Positions 1 to 10,261 of a stretch of 48,474 nucleotides of DNA are shown here, in pieces. Made by a program: the position numbers and the translations under genes. The DNA is from Macrostomum lignano (lineage: Eukaryota): positions 1-48,474 of the forward strand of contig NIVC01003864.1 in NCBI GenBank assembly GCA_002269645.1, in the 5' to 3' direction. The number at the start of each line of letters is the position of its first letter. Within the stretch, counting starts at the first letter, position 1. The notes beneath the pieces were generated by a model. That model saw only the letters and a program-made list of their open reading frames with translations, was not told the DNA's origin and ran no database searches.

Positions 1-199
1 TATACTCTTCCCTATTCCATCTTCTCTCTCTCTCCTCTGGCCCGCAGTCATGAGATAGGTTTTCCATTGGGCCTTTGAAATAAAAATATGTTGTCCCATC
101 CCTGGTGTAAACAAAGCAAAATAAAATAATAAATAAAGAGCCTATATTAGTATAAATTATATCCAGTGTTTCCTTAACAGGTTAGCTATATCCTTTCTA

Positions 200-1447
200 A
201 TGATTTGGTGTAGATCACCAAAAAATTATATTAAAACTTTAATGAATCGCTCAAACTTTATTCTGCTGCGCTCCGCAACGCAGCCAAGCAGCGGCAAAGG
301 ACACTGCGGCAGCAGTGGCGCGAATGTCGGCGCCAGCGAACCAGCCGGTAGCAGCGGTGTAGCAGCCAACAGCAGAGTCGAGTTGGACGCCAGCAGTCCG
401 TCTGTTCGTCTGAGCCACCGTCAGTCGCGCCTGTACGCCGATGCAGTCTCGGTGTTCCGTGCCCAGGGCCCGCTGACTGATACTAAACGCGATTTGCTGC
501 GAAGATTGCGCTCGCTATTAGGCGTGTCGGATGTCCGGCATCAGGTGGAGTGTCGTCGGGCTGTTGCCGATCCGGAGTTGGCCACCATTGCTGCTAGAAC
601 TGCCGTAGCTTCTACCAATCGAAGCCTACCTGTTCCGAACGAAGCCGATTGGGATGAAGAGGCTAGTCGAGCCGCTCCTCTTGTACATGTGGCAGCAACT
701 GTTGCTTCAGCAAAGCAGCAAAAAAAGCCGGAGTTAACAGCAGACTCGCCGTCTGATTCGGCTGGCGCTGACGCCGCCGCAGGTCCAGCAGCTGAGCCGC
801 CAACCACAACGCAGCAGGAAGTGCACCAGCTGCCAACGAGCAGTGCTACTCCCTCGTCTGCTCCTGCATCGCCTCCTGTCAACGATTTAATATCTATACC
901 GGATCCACTGCCGGCTATGTCATCAACAGCGTCTGTTCTACCATCGGCTGTAGCCAGTTTGAATCCGTCTGCTTACGCTTCAACTTTCACTTGGGCCTCA
1001 ACTTCCGTTGATTCGTTCGGCTTACAAAAGTTGGATCATAATAATAGTACTAGTAGTAGTAGTAGTCACAATCGAGTGGCTGCAGCAAAATTGTTGAAAA
1101 CTTCTACAACTGTTACAGCGGTAGCTAAATCGACAACGGTGCCTGCAACAGCGATGGCAGTCACTAGCAATGGTACTAACAGTAAGCCGAATACTGACCA
1201 GCGTAGGAAACAGCAGTTCCGCCGGGTGGCCTTATTGGTTGCTAATGACAACAGCAGTAGAGGAGGCCTAGGCTTTGCCAGTATTCAGCAAGAGGCCGAC
1301 AGCACTGCAACAATCGCAGGTACTAAGCGGCCGTACAGTCGAATCAAATCCAGTATGGAGATGCTGTTGGAGTCTGATTCGGATGAAGAATTCACCGCAG
1401 ATATTGACAAAGATCAGCGAGAAGACATCGACCAGCGCACAGTTTAG
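200..1447 (+). CDS. EMSY: EMSY-like protein: ENT (EMSY N-terminal) domain followed by a long Ser/Thr/Ala-rich low-complexity region
   Basis: RLYADAVSVFRAQGPLTDTKRDLLRRLRSLLGVSDVRHQVECRRAVADPELATIA (~nt 420-600) matches the ENT pattern (AY..v..FRAQG.LT..K..lL..L...L.is..rH..e.rRAv.D..L.tIA). The start is uncertain: ATG 200, ATG 242, or a splice acceptor near 283 (acgcag|). Confidence 0.75.
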   Translation: MIWCRSPKNYIKTLMNRSNFILLRSATQPSSGKGHCGSSGANVGASEPAGSSGVAANSRVELDASSPSVRLSHRQSRLYADAVSVFRAQGPLTDTKRDLLRRLRSLLGVSDVRHQVECRRAVADPELATIAARTAVASTNRSLPVPNEADWDEEASRAAPLVHVAATVASAKQQKKPELTADSPSDSAGADAAAGPAAEPPTTTQQEVHQLPTSSATPSSAPASPPVNDLISIPDPLPAMSSTASVLPSAVASLNPSAYASTFTWASTSVDSFGLQKLDHNNSTSSSSSHNRVAAAKLLKTSTTVTAVAKSTTVPATAMAVTSNGTNSKPNTDQRRKQQFRRVALLVANDNSSRGGLGFASIQQEADSTATIAGTKRPYSRIKSSMEMLLESDSDEEFTADIDKDQREDIDQRTV

Positions 1448-2580
1448 TTAATGAGCAGCAGCAACAGCAGCAACAGCAGACAGTTGTAGTTGACCCTGCC
1501 GTCATATTGACTTCAGCGGCTGTGCGACAGAGTTTAACTAGACCAGTACCGTCAGGTGGAAAGGTTAGGCGCTAAAATAGGCAGCTTTTAAATAGTTGCT
1601 TTTTATAGACTATTTCACGTTGTTGGAATTATGCCAGTCTTTAAAAGAGTATCTAAGAAACGAAGCCCCCGTACTATACTTCTACTAAAGTCTGCAGTCT
1701 GTCCGTCCAATGTCCGGGAGTCTCGTTGTCTCTAACATCTCCAACCAAAGACTTGCTGCTTTGCCCAATCTATTGTCTCTGTCATGTCTCCTTTTCTAGT
1801 CTGTTGTCTGTTTATCTAGCTACTAGCGTTATATCGGTGTGTCGCTAATTTATCTTGTTCGTTTATTTATTCTTGCTATCTTTATTGCGTTCCCCGCGAA
1901 CGTGGTGTACTCTACAAGTAAGTACATTTTCGTTTTCTTTAAATAAATCATTTTATTTCGATCTGTCGTCTGTGTCCACCTTCTGTTTCGATTTCTGTAT
2001 CTGTAGTTACAGCTAAACTGCTCAACCAAGGGCATATGTATATTTATAAATACATGAAATTCGTCGTTACAATTCCTTGAAATCAAAAGATTTTTTGGGA
2101 GAGCGCAAATGATTTGCTTAAATGTGCTATTCAAGTGTATTGTTGCATAAGCCAACATTGGGTATACAAAAAATTTTGTGTATTTGTTTTTATCGTTATA
2201 TTGTATTTATATTTGTAAATTATAATCATTATAGCCAAAATTGTTAGGCAAAAAAACATGTACGAAACCGTTGGCCGCCGCATATCTGGGTCATTTTTAT
2301 TGCTAATAAAAACCATTTGTACATTTGATGATTTCAACTCGCGAGTCACGAACATCCGCTTTGTAAGCAATTTTCGGTGAAGTATCTTGTTATTTATTTA
2401 GAATTCTTTAGTAGAGAAGTAGTTCTAGGCGTCTAGAGGTACAGTTAGGAAGTTTCTGCTACGATACTATAGCCTTTGTAGTTAGTTTGAGCATAGAAGC
2501 AGCCATTCTAGAGTGGCAAAACTATATATTCCTTTTTTAAACCTTGGTTTCATTCTTATCATCGCAAAGCAATGCAGATA

Positions 2581-3028
2581 CCACAGGTACTAAAATAACT
2601 AGATGGCCCACTCAGCACATTTGCGTGTAAGCTACTTTTAGTTCAGTAGTAAGTTAAACAAGCATTTTAATGTATTTTTAAAGCCATTGGCTCTTACCCC
2701 CACCCCACCACCAGCTTAAACCCTCCAACCGCGCCTTTCCACACTACCCCCGCTCCGCCCAACCCCAATTTTTATTGCCTTTCTCGGAATTCCAGCCTAA
2801 AGCGGCCATGTACATTTCAGTGGATTGGCTAATGTACATTATTGCTGAACCAATTAGCAAGCTGTTTACGCCTGCAAGATTTGGGCTTCTAAACTTATCA
2901 AAGTGATTTAGCTGTCTTTATTTGTAAAATAGCTTCTGTATTCTTCTTTGCTACTGAACTGATAGTAGAAAGCTGCTTACTAAGTATATATGCCTGAGTG
3001 GCCTATCTAGCTATTTTAGTATCTGTGG
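2581..3028. mobile_element. MITE-like non-autonomous element, copy 1
   Basis: Terminal inverted repeats of ~40 bp: ccacaggtactaaaataactagatggcccactcagcacat versus atatgcctgagtggcctatctagctattttagtatctgtgg. An inner inverted pair is also present (gttcagtagt / gctactgaact). A second copy lies at 13041-13454. No TSD identified. Confidence 0.7.
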
Positions 3029-3252
3029 CCAGACAGACGGAAAAAGTTAAACTCAATTTATATATAGTTTTTAAGGAAATTATGCTCAACGCCTTTCAAA
3101 TCGTTGACTACAAATTCTTGATCCTTACTGCAGCTTGATTGATTCTATTTAAGAGCTTTAAGTTCACTTAAGAGGTTAACGTAATCTAGAGGGATTATGG
3201 TTAATTAGATGCGCGATAAACTATTTTTGCCTTTCTACTTACCTTTCATTGC

Positions 3253-4392
3253 ATGCCGCTCAAGAGGAACGCTAAGCGCTTATCGTCCTCAGGGGCGGCA
3301 GAAACAGTGGCGGCGAGATCAAAGAAATCGACACCAAAGTCGAGGTCGCAGTTGAAAGAGCAGCAAGAATTATCTGTTGACGGCGATAACGCCGCAGAAA
3401 AAGATGATGGATTCTGTTCAGACGATGCTGTTGAACCTAGATTGATCAGCTCAGACTCTAGCAATGCAAACGATTCGCATGAGTCTACATCTGGTTCCGT
3501 AATACTTGCCGCTAACAACTTAGCTGACAAAGCTGTGCAAACAGAGCTACTTTATTTTAGCAGCGACAAAGAATGGACAAATTGGTTTTATTATTGTTTT
3601 TTCATCATTGCATTGTTTGTCCTACCTTTATCGTTCTACTGGCTTCAAATTTATGACCAACCGGTTAATGAAATTAGTAGCAGTAGCAGCACCAGCGGCA
3701 GCTTCTTGCCTGCTTTCTGTCCTCCATCTTGCATTCGATCGGCAGTGCAGAGCAGACTGGCTGCCGAGTTTCCCGCCCAGTCCGAACTTCTCTGGCCGAC
3801 AATTTCCGCCTGTCTGATCCGCCAGTTCGGCTCGCCACCGCCTGTGGACGCTCCGTCTGTGCTGCTGCTTTTTATCAGCGGCGTAGATGACAGCAATCAT
3901 AAAGGAAATCTGACGCTGAGTTTCTTGTTAGGCCGGCTGTCTCGTCTGCTGGCCAGTGGCATTGATGACTGCAACTGCGGCGCTGTGTTGTCAATTGGTG
4001 ATTCTGCTAAATGCAGCGATGTCAGCTCCAAAAGTGCCACCACCGAGTCAATTGACGCGGCAGCTACCGAGGCGGTGACATCAAAGAGAAGCTGTCTGGC
4101 TATTCGCCAAATTGACCAGCTGACCGGGCCGGCCTCTTTGATCTTCTATCGCCTTGCCGACTCGACCGAAGCTCCGCACAGACCGTTTCTGTACGTTCTG
4201 ACTGTGGAGGGCGACGCTGGAGGCGAGAAGGTCGTCGACGAGACGAGCTTGCAGCGTCAGTTGCGTCAGACTTGGGTGTCAAGCGGCCTTCAGAATGAGC
4301 ACTTTGATCCGTTGTGGGCTCGCATTGGCGGCAATGTGGTGGCTGTGCTTCCAGAGTCTGATGACACCTTGATGCGACTCGCTCGCAACTGA
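3253..4392 (+). CDS. TOR1AIP: Torsin-1A-interacting protein family (LAP1/LULL1-like), paralogue 1; type II membrane protein
   Basis: Basic then acidic N-terminus, one TM segment (WFYYCFFIIALFVLPLSFYWL), then a luminal domain with EFPAQSELLW, SLIFYRLAD...LYVLTV and LWARIGGNVVAVLPE. These correspond to LAP1/LULL1 FPGQS..LW, TLIFYKYCD...LVLTV and the arginine-finger motif LWSRISHLVLPVQP. Confidence 0.85.
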   Translation: MPLKRNAKRLSSSGAAETVAARSKKSTPKSRSQLKEQQELSVDGDNAAEKDDGFCSDDAVEPRLISSDSSNANDSHESTSGSVILAANNLADKAVQTELLYFSSDKEWTNWFYYCFFIIALFVLPLSFYWLQIYDQPVNEISSSSSTSGSFLPAFCPPSCIRSAVQSRLAAEFPAQSELLWPTISACLIRQFGSPPPVDAPSVLLLFISGVDDSNHKGNLTLSFLLGRLSRLLASGIDDCNCGAVLSIGDSAKCSDVSSKSATTESIDAAATEAVTSKRSCLAIRQIDQLTGPASLIFYRLADSTEAPHRPFLYVLTVEGDAGGEKVVDETSLQRQLRQTWVSSGLQNEHFDPLWARIGGNVVAVLPESDDTLMRLARN

Positions 4393-4920
4393 TATCTCGG
4401 CTGATTTTTTTCATTTTTTCTTCAAAAGTAGTCACTATGTAGAGTGACTATCAAACTTATGAAGTGCCTTTTCTTTTATCAATAGACCCGGGGTCTCGCA
4501 TGCACCTGCGACTTGTCTTGTGACTATCAGATTCCTTGTTATATATTCGAATGTATACGAGTATCTATGATCTTTAATTACATTTCCATGGTAAAATCCA
4601 CTGAATGTGAATCATCACTCGCTATCATTTACTTATTGTATTCCACTGCACAGTAAACCCGGTTCGCAATTGAACGTTTATTCAGATTGTTTTTTTTGAA
4701 ATTTTTATTTCAATTGCACTTGTAAGTCAAGGATAGCTAGAGTATTCCCTCAGCAGACAAATAATTCTGAAATAATTTCTGCTTGGCCCTAGTAGTTGAT
4801 ACAAGTAGTTGATGCAATTTACAGAAAGCAGTTTAGAATACCTTGCAGTTAAGTCTACTTAATGTTTTTCTGTTGCGCTTTTCAGTTAATCAAGTTTTCC
4901 TAATTTTCTGCCTTGAACAG

Positions 4921-7185
4921 ATGGCTTCAACAGAATCATCGTGTCAACAGTCAGATCTGGTTGAGAAAACTGAGACTGAAGCGAAGACTGAGGCTGAAGC
5001 GAATCTAGACCAGGTAGAGAAGACTGAGGCTGAAGCGAAGACTGAGGCTGAAGCGAAGCCAGATCAGGAAGAGATGACCGAGGCTGAAGCGAAGCCAGAT
5101 CAGGAAGAGATGACTGAGGCTGAAGCGAAGCCAGATCAGGAAGAGAAGACTGAAGCTGAAGCGAAGCCAGATCAGGAAGAGAAGACTGAAGCTGAAGCGA
5201 AGACTGAAGCTGAAGCGAAGTCAGATCAGGAAGAGAAGACCGAGGCTGAAGCGAAGACTGAGGCTGAAGCGAAGTCAGATCAGGAAGAGAAGAACGAGGC
5301 TGAAGCGAAGACTGAGGCTGAAGCGAAGCCAGATCAGGAAGAGAAGAACGAGGCTGAAGCGAAGACTGAGGCTGAAGCGAAGCCAGATCAGGAAGAGAAG
5401 ACCGAGGCTGAAGCGAAGACTGAGGCTGAAGCGAAGCCAGATCAGGAAGAGAAGAACGAGGCTGAAGCGAAGACTGAGGCTGAAGCGAAGCCAGATCAGG
5501 AAGAGATGACCGAGGCTGAAGCGAAGCCAGATCAGGAAGAGATGACCGAGGCTGAAGCGAAGCCAGATCAGGAAGAGATGACCGAGGCTGAAGCGAAGCC
5601 AGATCAGGAAGAGAAGACTGAGGCTAATGCGAAGACTGGGGCTGAAGCGAAGACTGAGGCTGAAGCGAAGACTGAGGCTGAAGCGAAGACTGAGGCTGAA
5701 GAGAAGCCTGAGGCTGGAGTGAGGCCAGATCAGGAAGAGAAGACCAAGGCTGAAGCGAAGACTGGGGCTGAAGCGAAGCCAGATCAGAAAGAGAAGTCTG
5801 AGGCTGAAGCGAATACTGAGACTGAAGCGAAGACTGAGGCTGAAGCGAAGACCGAGGCTGAAGCGAAGACTGGAGCTGAAGCGACGACTGAGACTGAAGC
5901 GAAGTCAGATCAGGAAGAGAAGACCGAGGCTGAAGCGAAGACTGGGGCTGAAGCGAAGCCAGATCAGAAAGAGAAGACTGAGGCTGAAGCGAAGCCAGAT
6001 CAGAAAGAGAAGACTGAGGCTAAAGCGAAGACTGAGCCTGAAGCGAAGACTGAGGCTGAAGCGAAGACTGAGGCTGAAGCGAAGCCAGATCAAGAAGAGA
6101 AGACTGAGGCTGAAGCGAAGACTGAGGCTGAGGCGAAGACTGAGGCTGAAGCGAAGACTGAGGCCGAAGCGAAGCCATATCACGTAGAGAAGACCGCCTC
6201 TGAAACGCAAATTAGACAAAGAAAAAAAGAGGATTCTAAAATGCAACCAGAACAGGATAACGCAGACGATGCTAAGGCGCAACAACAGCACAACCAGAAA
6301 GACGAATCTGAGTTGCAACTTCAGCAAGAAAGGAACAACGGCTCTAAAATTTATCGCCTACTTAAAACGGATCTAAAATTTAGCATGATTGTCCTTGTAC
6401 TCGTTTTTACTCCTATCGTGTATCTTGGATATTCTTGGACAACTGGCAGCAGAAATAACACAATTAGTAATTCGACTGCCAACAGCGGCAGTTCACTGCC
6501 TGCCTTCTGTCCTGCATCCTGTATTCGAGAAGCAGTTGAGAACAGACTCGCTGCCGAGTTTCCCGCCCAGACCGAACTTCTCTGGCCGACAATTGCATCT
6601 TGCCTGATCCGCCAGTTCGGCTCGCCACCGCCTGTGGAAGCTCCATCGGTGGTGCTGCTTTTCAACGGGGCCGGAGACATGAGTTCGGCAACGAAGAGAA
6701 CTTTGGACTTGCTGATAAACCGCCTGTACGGCTTGCTTGCTTCTGGCATCGGTGAATGCAACTGCCGCTCCATGACGGCTCCTGATGCTGCCGGCTGCAG
6801 CGAAGTCGACGCCAAGACGGCCGCCACCACTGAAGCGATTGACGCGGCAGCCACCGAGGCGGTGACATCAAAGAGAAGCTGTCTGGCGATTCGCCGCATT
6901 GACCAGCTGACCGGACCGGCCTCTTTGATCTTCTATCGCCTTGCCGACTCGACCGAAGCTCCGCACAGACCGTTTCTGTACATTCTGACCGTGGAGGGCG
7001 ACGCTGGAGGCGAGGAGGTCGTCGACGAGACGAGCTTGCAGCGTCAGTTGCGTCAGACTTGGGTGTCAAGCGGCCTTCAGAATGAGCAGTTTGATCCTTT
7101 GTGGGCTCGCATTGGTGGCAACGTGGTGCAAGTAGAGTCCGAGTCTGAAGCCACTTTGCAGCGGCTGTCAAAGCCTTTGTTATAG
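4921..7185 (+). CDS. TOR1AIP: LAP1/LULL1-like paralogue 2 with a ~400-aa acidic repetitive N-terminus
   Basis: ATG at 4921 directly follows a pyrimidine tract and AG (ttgaacag|ATG); the ORF track's TTG start at 4843 is unlikely in a eukaryote. TM segment FSMIVLVLVFTPIVYLGYSW, N-glycosylation sequons NNT and NST just after it, and the same luminal domain ending LWARIGGNVV. Confidence 0.85.
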   Translation: MASTESSCQQSDLVEKTETEAKTEAEANLDQVEKTEAEAKTEAEAKPDQEEMTEAEAKPDQEEMTEAEAKPDQEEKTEAEAKPDQEEKTEAEAKTEAEAKSDQEEKTEAEAKTEAEAKSDQEEKNEAEAKTEAEAKPDQEEKNEAEAKTEAEAKPDQEEKTEAEAKTEAEAKPDQEEKNEAEAKTEAEAKPDQEEMTEAEAKPDQEEMTEAEAKPDQEEMTEAEAKPDQEEKTEANAKTGAEAKTEAEAKTEAEAKTEAEEKPEAGVRPDQEEKTKAEAKTGAEAKPDQKEKSEAEANTETEAKTEAEAKTEAEAKTGAEATTETEAKSDQEEKTEAEAKTGAEAKPDQKEKTEAEAKPDQKEKTEAKAKTEPEAKTEAEAKTEAEAKPDQEEKTEAEAKTEAEAKTEAEAKTEAEAKPYHVEKTASETQIRQRKKEDSKMQPEQDNADDAKAQQQHNQKDESELQLQQERNNGSKIYRLLKTDLKFSMIVLVLVFTPIVYLGYSWTTGSRNNTISNSTANSGSSLPAFCPASCIREAVENRLAAEFPAQTELLWPTIASCLIRQFGSPPPVEAPSVVLLFNGAGDMSSATKRTLDLLINRLYGLLASGIGECNCRSMTAPDAAGCSEVDAKTAATTEAIDAAATEAVTSKRSCLAIRRIDQLTGPASLIFYRLADSTEAPHRPFLYILTVEGDAGGEEVVDETSLQRQLRQTWVSSGLQNEQFDPLWARIGGNVVQVESESEATLQRLSKPLL
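4975..6175 (+). repeat. Coding minisatellite (18-bp KTEAEA and 36-bp KPDQEE[KM]TEAEA units) inside paralogue 2
   Basis: Tandem aagactgaggctgaagcg and aagccagatcaggaagag units. The reading frame stays open throughout and into the TM and luminal domains. Confidence 0.95.
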
Positions 7186-7558
7186 AATATAGAAACAACG
7201 AGTCCAATAATGATTTAGAACAGGATTTGATTTGGCTGTTATAAGTTCTTAATTAGATGATAAATCTTTTCATACGTTTCAGAAACTTTTTACTTAAGTA
7301 CCTTGGTACCAACGCTAAGTCTTGAATATGAAATGCTCTGCTGTTGTAATGCTGATAATAGTTGCTTCCCTGAAGTTAAGTATGTCAAAAATTACTGTAA
7401 CGATTGACAACATTTTTTCAAATCATTAGTCACTTCTAATGATTTCCAATTTTAATCAAGCTAAGCTTTTATCTATTTTCAGTAAATTGTTGTATTTTTG
7501 TGAATTAACAAGTTCTATAGTTTGTGTTGCTTTTTCTCAGGCAAACAGTATACTTTTA

Positions 7559-7845
7559 GCCGGGGTTGTAGCCTAGTGGTCGGAGCGTCGGATTCACGAC
7601 TTGAAGGTTGGGGGTTCGATTCCCGATCCCAATGGAACAATTTTTGTCCTTGAGCAAGACAATTTAACTCTGCATTGCTTCAGTTCACCTCAGCTGTAAA
7701 ATGGGTGCCAGCATTAGCTGGGTTAATTGAGGCTGTCTGGCGACCCTCCAGTCCTTGGAATGAACAGCCGTACGCAACGTTCAGATGCGCCGCGCAATAG
7801 CGCAATGGGTGCAAGTGTAATCCATTATTGTTAATATTATTATAT
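7559..7845 (+). mobile_element. tRNA-derived SINE, family A, copy 1
   Basis: A box (tagcctagtggt), B box (gggttcgattccc), a conserved body (gtccttgagcaagac...ctgtaaaatgggtgccagcattagctggg) and an ATT-rich tail. A homologous copy lies on the minus strand at 39654-39977. Confidence 0.8.
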
Positions 7846-8531
7846 ATTTAAGTTCAAAGATTCGTTCGCGTCGTTCTTTCCTTTTGCCTCCCCTTAATCG
7901 TTGCTTGATTAGTAGGGCAGCGTTGCTAATGTGATTCATTTTATTAGCCGAACTACGAATCAAAAATAGATTTTATTTAGTTCTTTTTTATATTTGAGAA
8001 GTACACAGATCTACTTTTAAAACTCAATAACAAAATTCGCGCTCGCTTTTCACTACTGCTTAAGTAGTATAAATCAGTAGACACGTAAGTACACTTTCAT
8101 CGCTGTTTTTTCTTCGAATCGACCTGGTGATAGTTTTTAAATTTTTATAGGATAAATTATTTTGCCAATTTTTTGAGAATGTCGAACCGTATGATTCGCT
8201 GTGCAATTATGGCCAATGCTTTAGTATAAAATATACTTTGTGGGATTTATTATTAATTAGCTATTATCTATAGTTTTGCATTCATTTTCTTTCTACGAAA
8301 CGCTTCTGTCAGCAGAATAGGTTACATTCTGTTCTTTTAAACACGTGCGTTCTTAGATAGAAGTCTAGGAATATTTTTGGGGTGTTCGACAATTTCTGAC
8401 ACTTTTAATACCAGACGAAAAACAGAACAATCTACAGTGATAACTCGATAAATGCAATATCGTACATTTTGGCCATTCTGTAAAAATTGACGGGAATCAA
8501 AAAGCAATACTAGTTTTCAAAGCATCGGTGC

Positions 8532-9050
8532 AGAGGATGCTCAAGCCGTGGGAGAAGTGAGTTGCTACAGGTGAAGAGGATGCTCAAGCCGTGGGAGAAG
8601 TGAGTTGCTACAGGTGGAGAGGATGCTCAAGCCGTGGGAGAAGTGAGTTGCTACAGGTGAAGAGGATGCTCAAGCCGTGGGAGAAGTGAGTTGCTACAGG
8701 TGGAGAGGATGCTCAAGCCGTGGGAGAAGTGAGTTGCTACAGGTGGAGAGGATGCTCAAGCAGTGGGAGAAGTGAGTTGCTACAGGTGGAGAGGATGCTC
8801 AAGCCGTGGGAGAAGTGAGTTGCTACAGGTGGAGAGGATGCTCAAGCCGTGGGAGAAGTGAGTTGCTACAGGTGGAGAGGATGCTCAAGCCGTGGGAGAA
8901 GTGAGTTGCTACAGGTGGAGAGGATGCTCAAGCCGTGGGAGAAGTGAGTTGCTACAGGTGAAGAGGATGCTCAAGCCGTGGGAGAAGTGACTTGCTACAG
9001 GTGGAGAGGATGCTCAAGCCGTGGGAAAAGTGAGTTGCTACAGGTGGAGA
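8532..9050. repeat. 43-bp minisatellite, ~12 near-identical copies
   Basis: Unit gaggatgctcaagccgtgggagaagtgagttgctacaggtgga; starts at 8533, 8576 and onward; no spacers. Confidence 0.95.
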
Positions 9051-9283
9051 CTGTGTCGGGAAGGCTGCCTTGAAGGGTGATGATGAGGACTCAAGGCAGC
9101 AATTTGTTTCTAAAGGTACAAATCATTGCTTTTTATATTCTTTGTCACTGTCACTGTAAGAATTTAAACTGTCAGAACTTTCCGGACACTCTCTTCCGGG
9201 TCTCGCTGTCAATCTCTTAAAATTTAACTTCTATAACACACTTTATAGACCGCTGTTAACTGGTTTTTGTCAAGAAAAATCCA

Positions 9284-10261
9284 ATGCTTCGTCGAAAATT
9301 GGAATACGAAGTAAGGCTCAATGAGACTTTTTCACAGACGCATGCAGCGCGTTCAAGGAGTGTCAATAATATTCCGTGGGGCCGGTTGCTGTGCCTGCTT
9401 ATTTTACTGCTAATCTACGCCTACATCTTGCATACTGTTGAAGTCTTTCACATTGGAAGTTTGTCCATTACAAATACTACTACTGGGCCTGATGCTGATA
9501 CTACTTCCAGTAGGACCGGTGGTAAAAGTAGTAGCGGCACAAGCAGTGGCAGCAAAAGTTCCAGCAGCAGCGGCAGTTCACTGCCTGCCTTCTGTCCTGC
9601 ATCCTGTATTCGAGAAGCAGTTGAGAGCAGACTCGCTGCGGAGTTTCCCGCCCAGTCCGAACTTCTCTGGCCGACAATTGCATCTTGCCTGATCCGCCAG
9701 TTCGGCTCGCCACCGCCTGTGGACGCTCCGTCTGTGCTGCTGCTTTTCAACGGGGCCGGAGACATGAGTTCGGCAACGAAGAGAACTTTAAACTTGCTAA
9801 TAAACCGCCTGTCCCACTTGCTTGCTTCTGGCATCGGTGAATGCAAATGCCGCTCCATGACGGCTCCTGATGCTGCCGGCTGCATCGAAGTCGACGCCAA
9901 GACGGCCGCCACCACCGAAGCGATTGACGCGGCAGCCACCGAGGCGGCAAGATCAAAGAGAAGCTGTCTGGCTATTCGCCGCATTGACCAGCTGACCGGA
10001 CCGGCCTCTTTGATCTTCTATCGACTTGCCGACTTGAGCGAAGCTCCGCACAGACCGTTTCTGTACGTTCTGACTGTAGAGGGCGACGCTGGAGGCGAGA
10101 AGGTCATCGACGAGACGAGCTTGCAGCGTCAGTTGCGTCAGACTTGGGTGTCAAGCGGCCTTCAGAATGAGCAGTTTGATCCGTTGTGGGCTCGCATTGG
10201 CGGCAACGTGGTGGCTGTGCTTCCAGAGTCTGAAAACAATTTGAGACAGCTGTCACGTTGA
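9284..10261 (+). CDS. TOR1AIP: LAP1/LULL1-like paralogue 3 with a very short N-terminus
   Basis: About 30-aa N-terminus, TM segment (LLCLLILLLIYAYILHTV), NTT sequon and Ser/Gly linker. The luminal domain is nearly identical to paralogue 2, and LWARIGGNVV is retained. Confidence 0.85.
   Translation: MLRRKLEYEVRLNETFSQTHAARSRSVNNIPWGRLLCLLILLLIYAYILHTVEVFHIGSLSITNTTTGPDADTTSSRTGGKSSSGTSSGSKSSSSSGSSLPAFCPASCIREAVESRLAAEFPAQSELLWPTIASCLIRQFGSPPPVDAPSVLLLFNGAGDMSSATKRTLNLLINRLSHLLASGIGECKCRSMTAPDAAGCIEVDAKTAATTEAIDAAATEAARSKRSCLAIRRIDQLTGPASLIFYRLADLSEAPHRPFLYVLTVEGDAGGEKVIDETSLQRQLRQTWVSSGLQNEQFDPLWARIGGNVVAVLPESENNLRQLSR

Noticed and set aside
60-105. Possible right end of a hAT MITE (gttgtcccatccctg)
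   Set aside because: The left end is not in the window, so neither a TIR pair nor a TSD can be tested.
5905-7207. Minus-strand ORFs overlapping the TOR1AIP paralogues (also 3628-4435, 9448-10322, 12140-12762)
   Set aside because: These are antisense shadows of GC-rich coding sequence. They recur only because the sense genes are paralogous.
7559-7635. tRNA gene (and similar heads at 26328-26404 and 39890-39977)
   Set aside because: A and B boxes are present but the acceptor and anticodon stems do not pair, the anticodons differ between copies (CAC versus CAT), and the sequence continues into a shared SINE body.
8532-9050. CRISPR-like regular repeat
   Set aside because: The units are contiguous with no unique spacers, there are no cas genes, and the context is eukaryotic. 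It is a minisatellite; the same applies to the 23-, 46- and 56-bp arrays.
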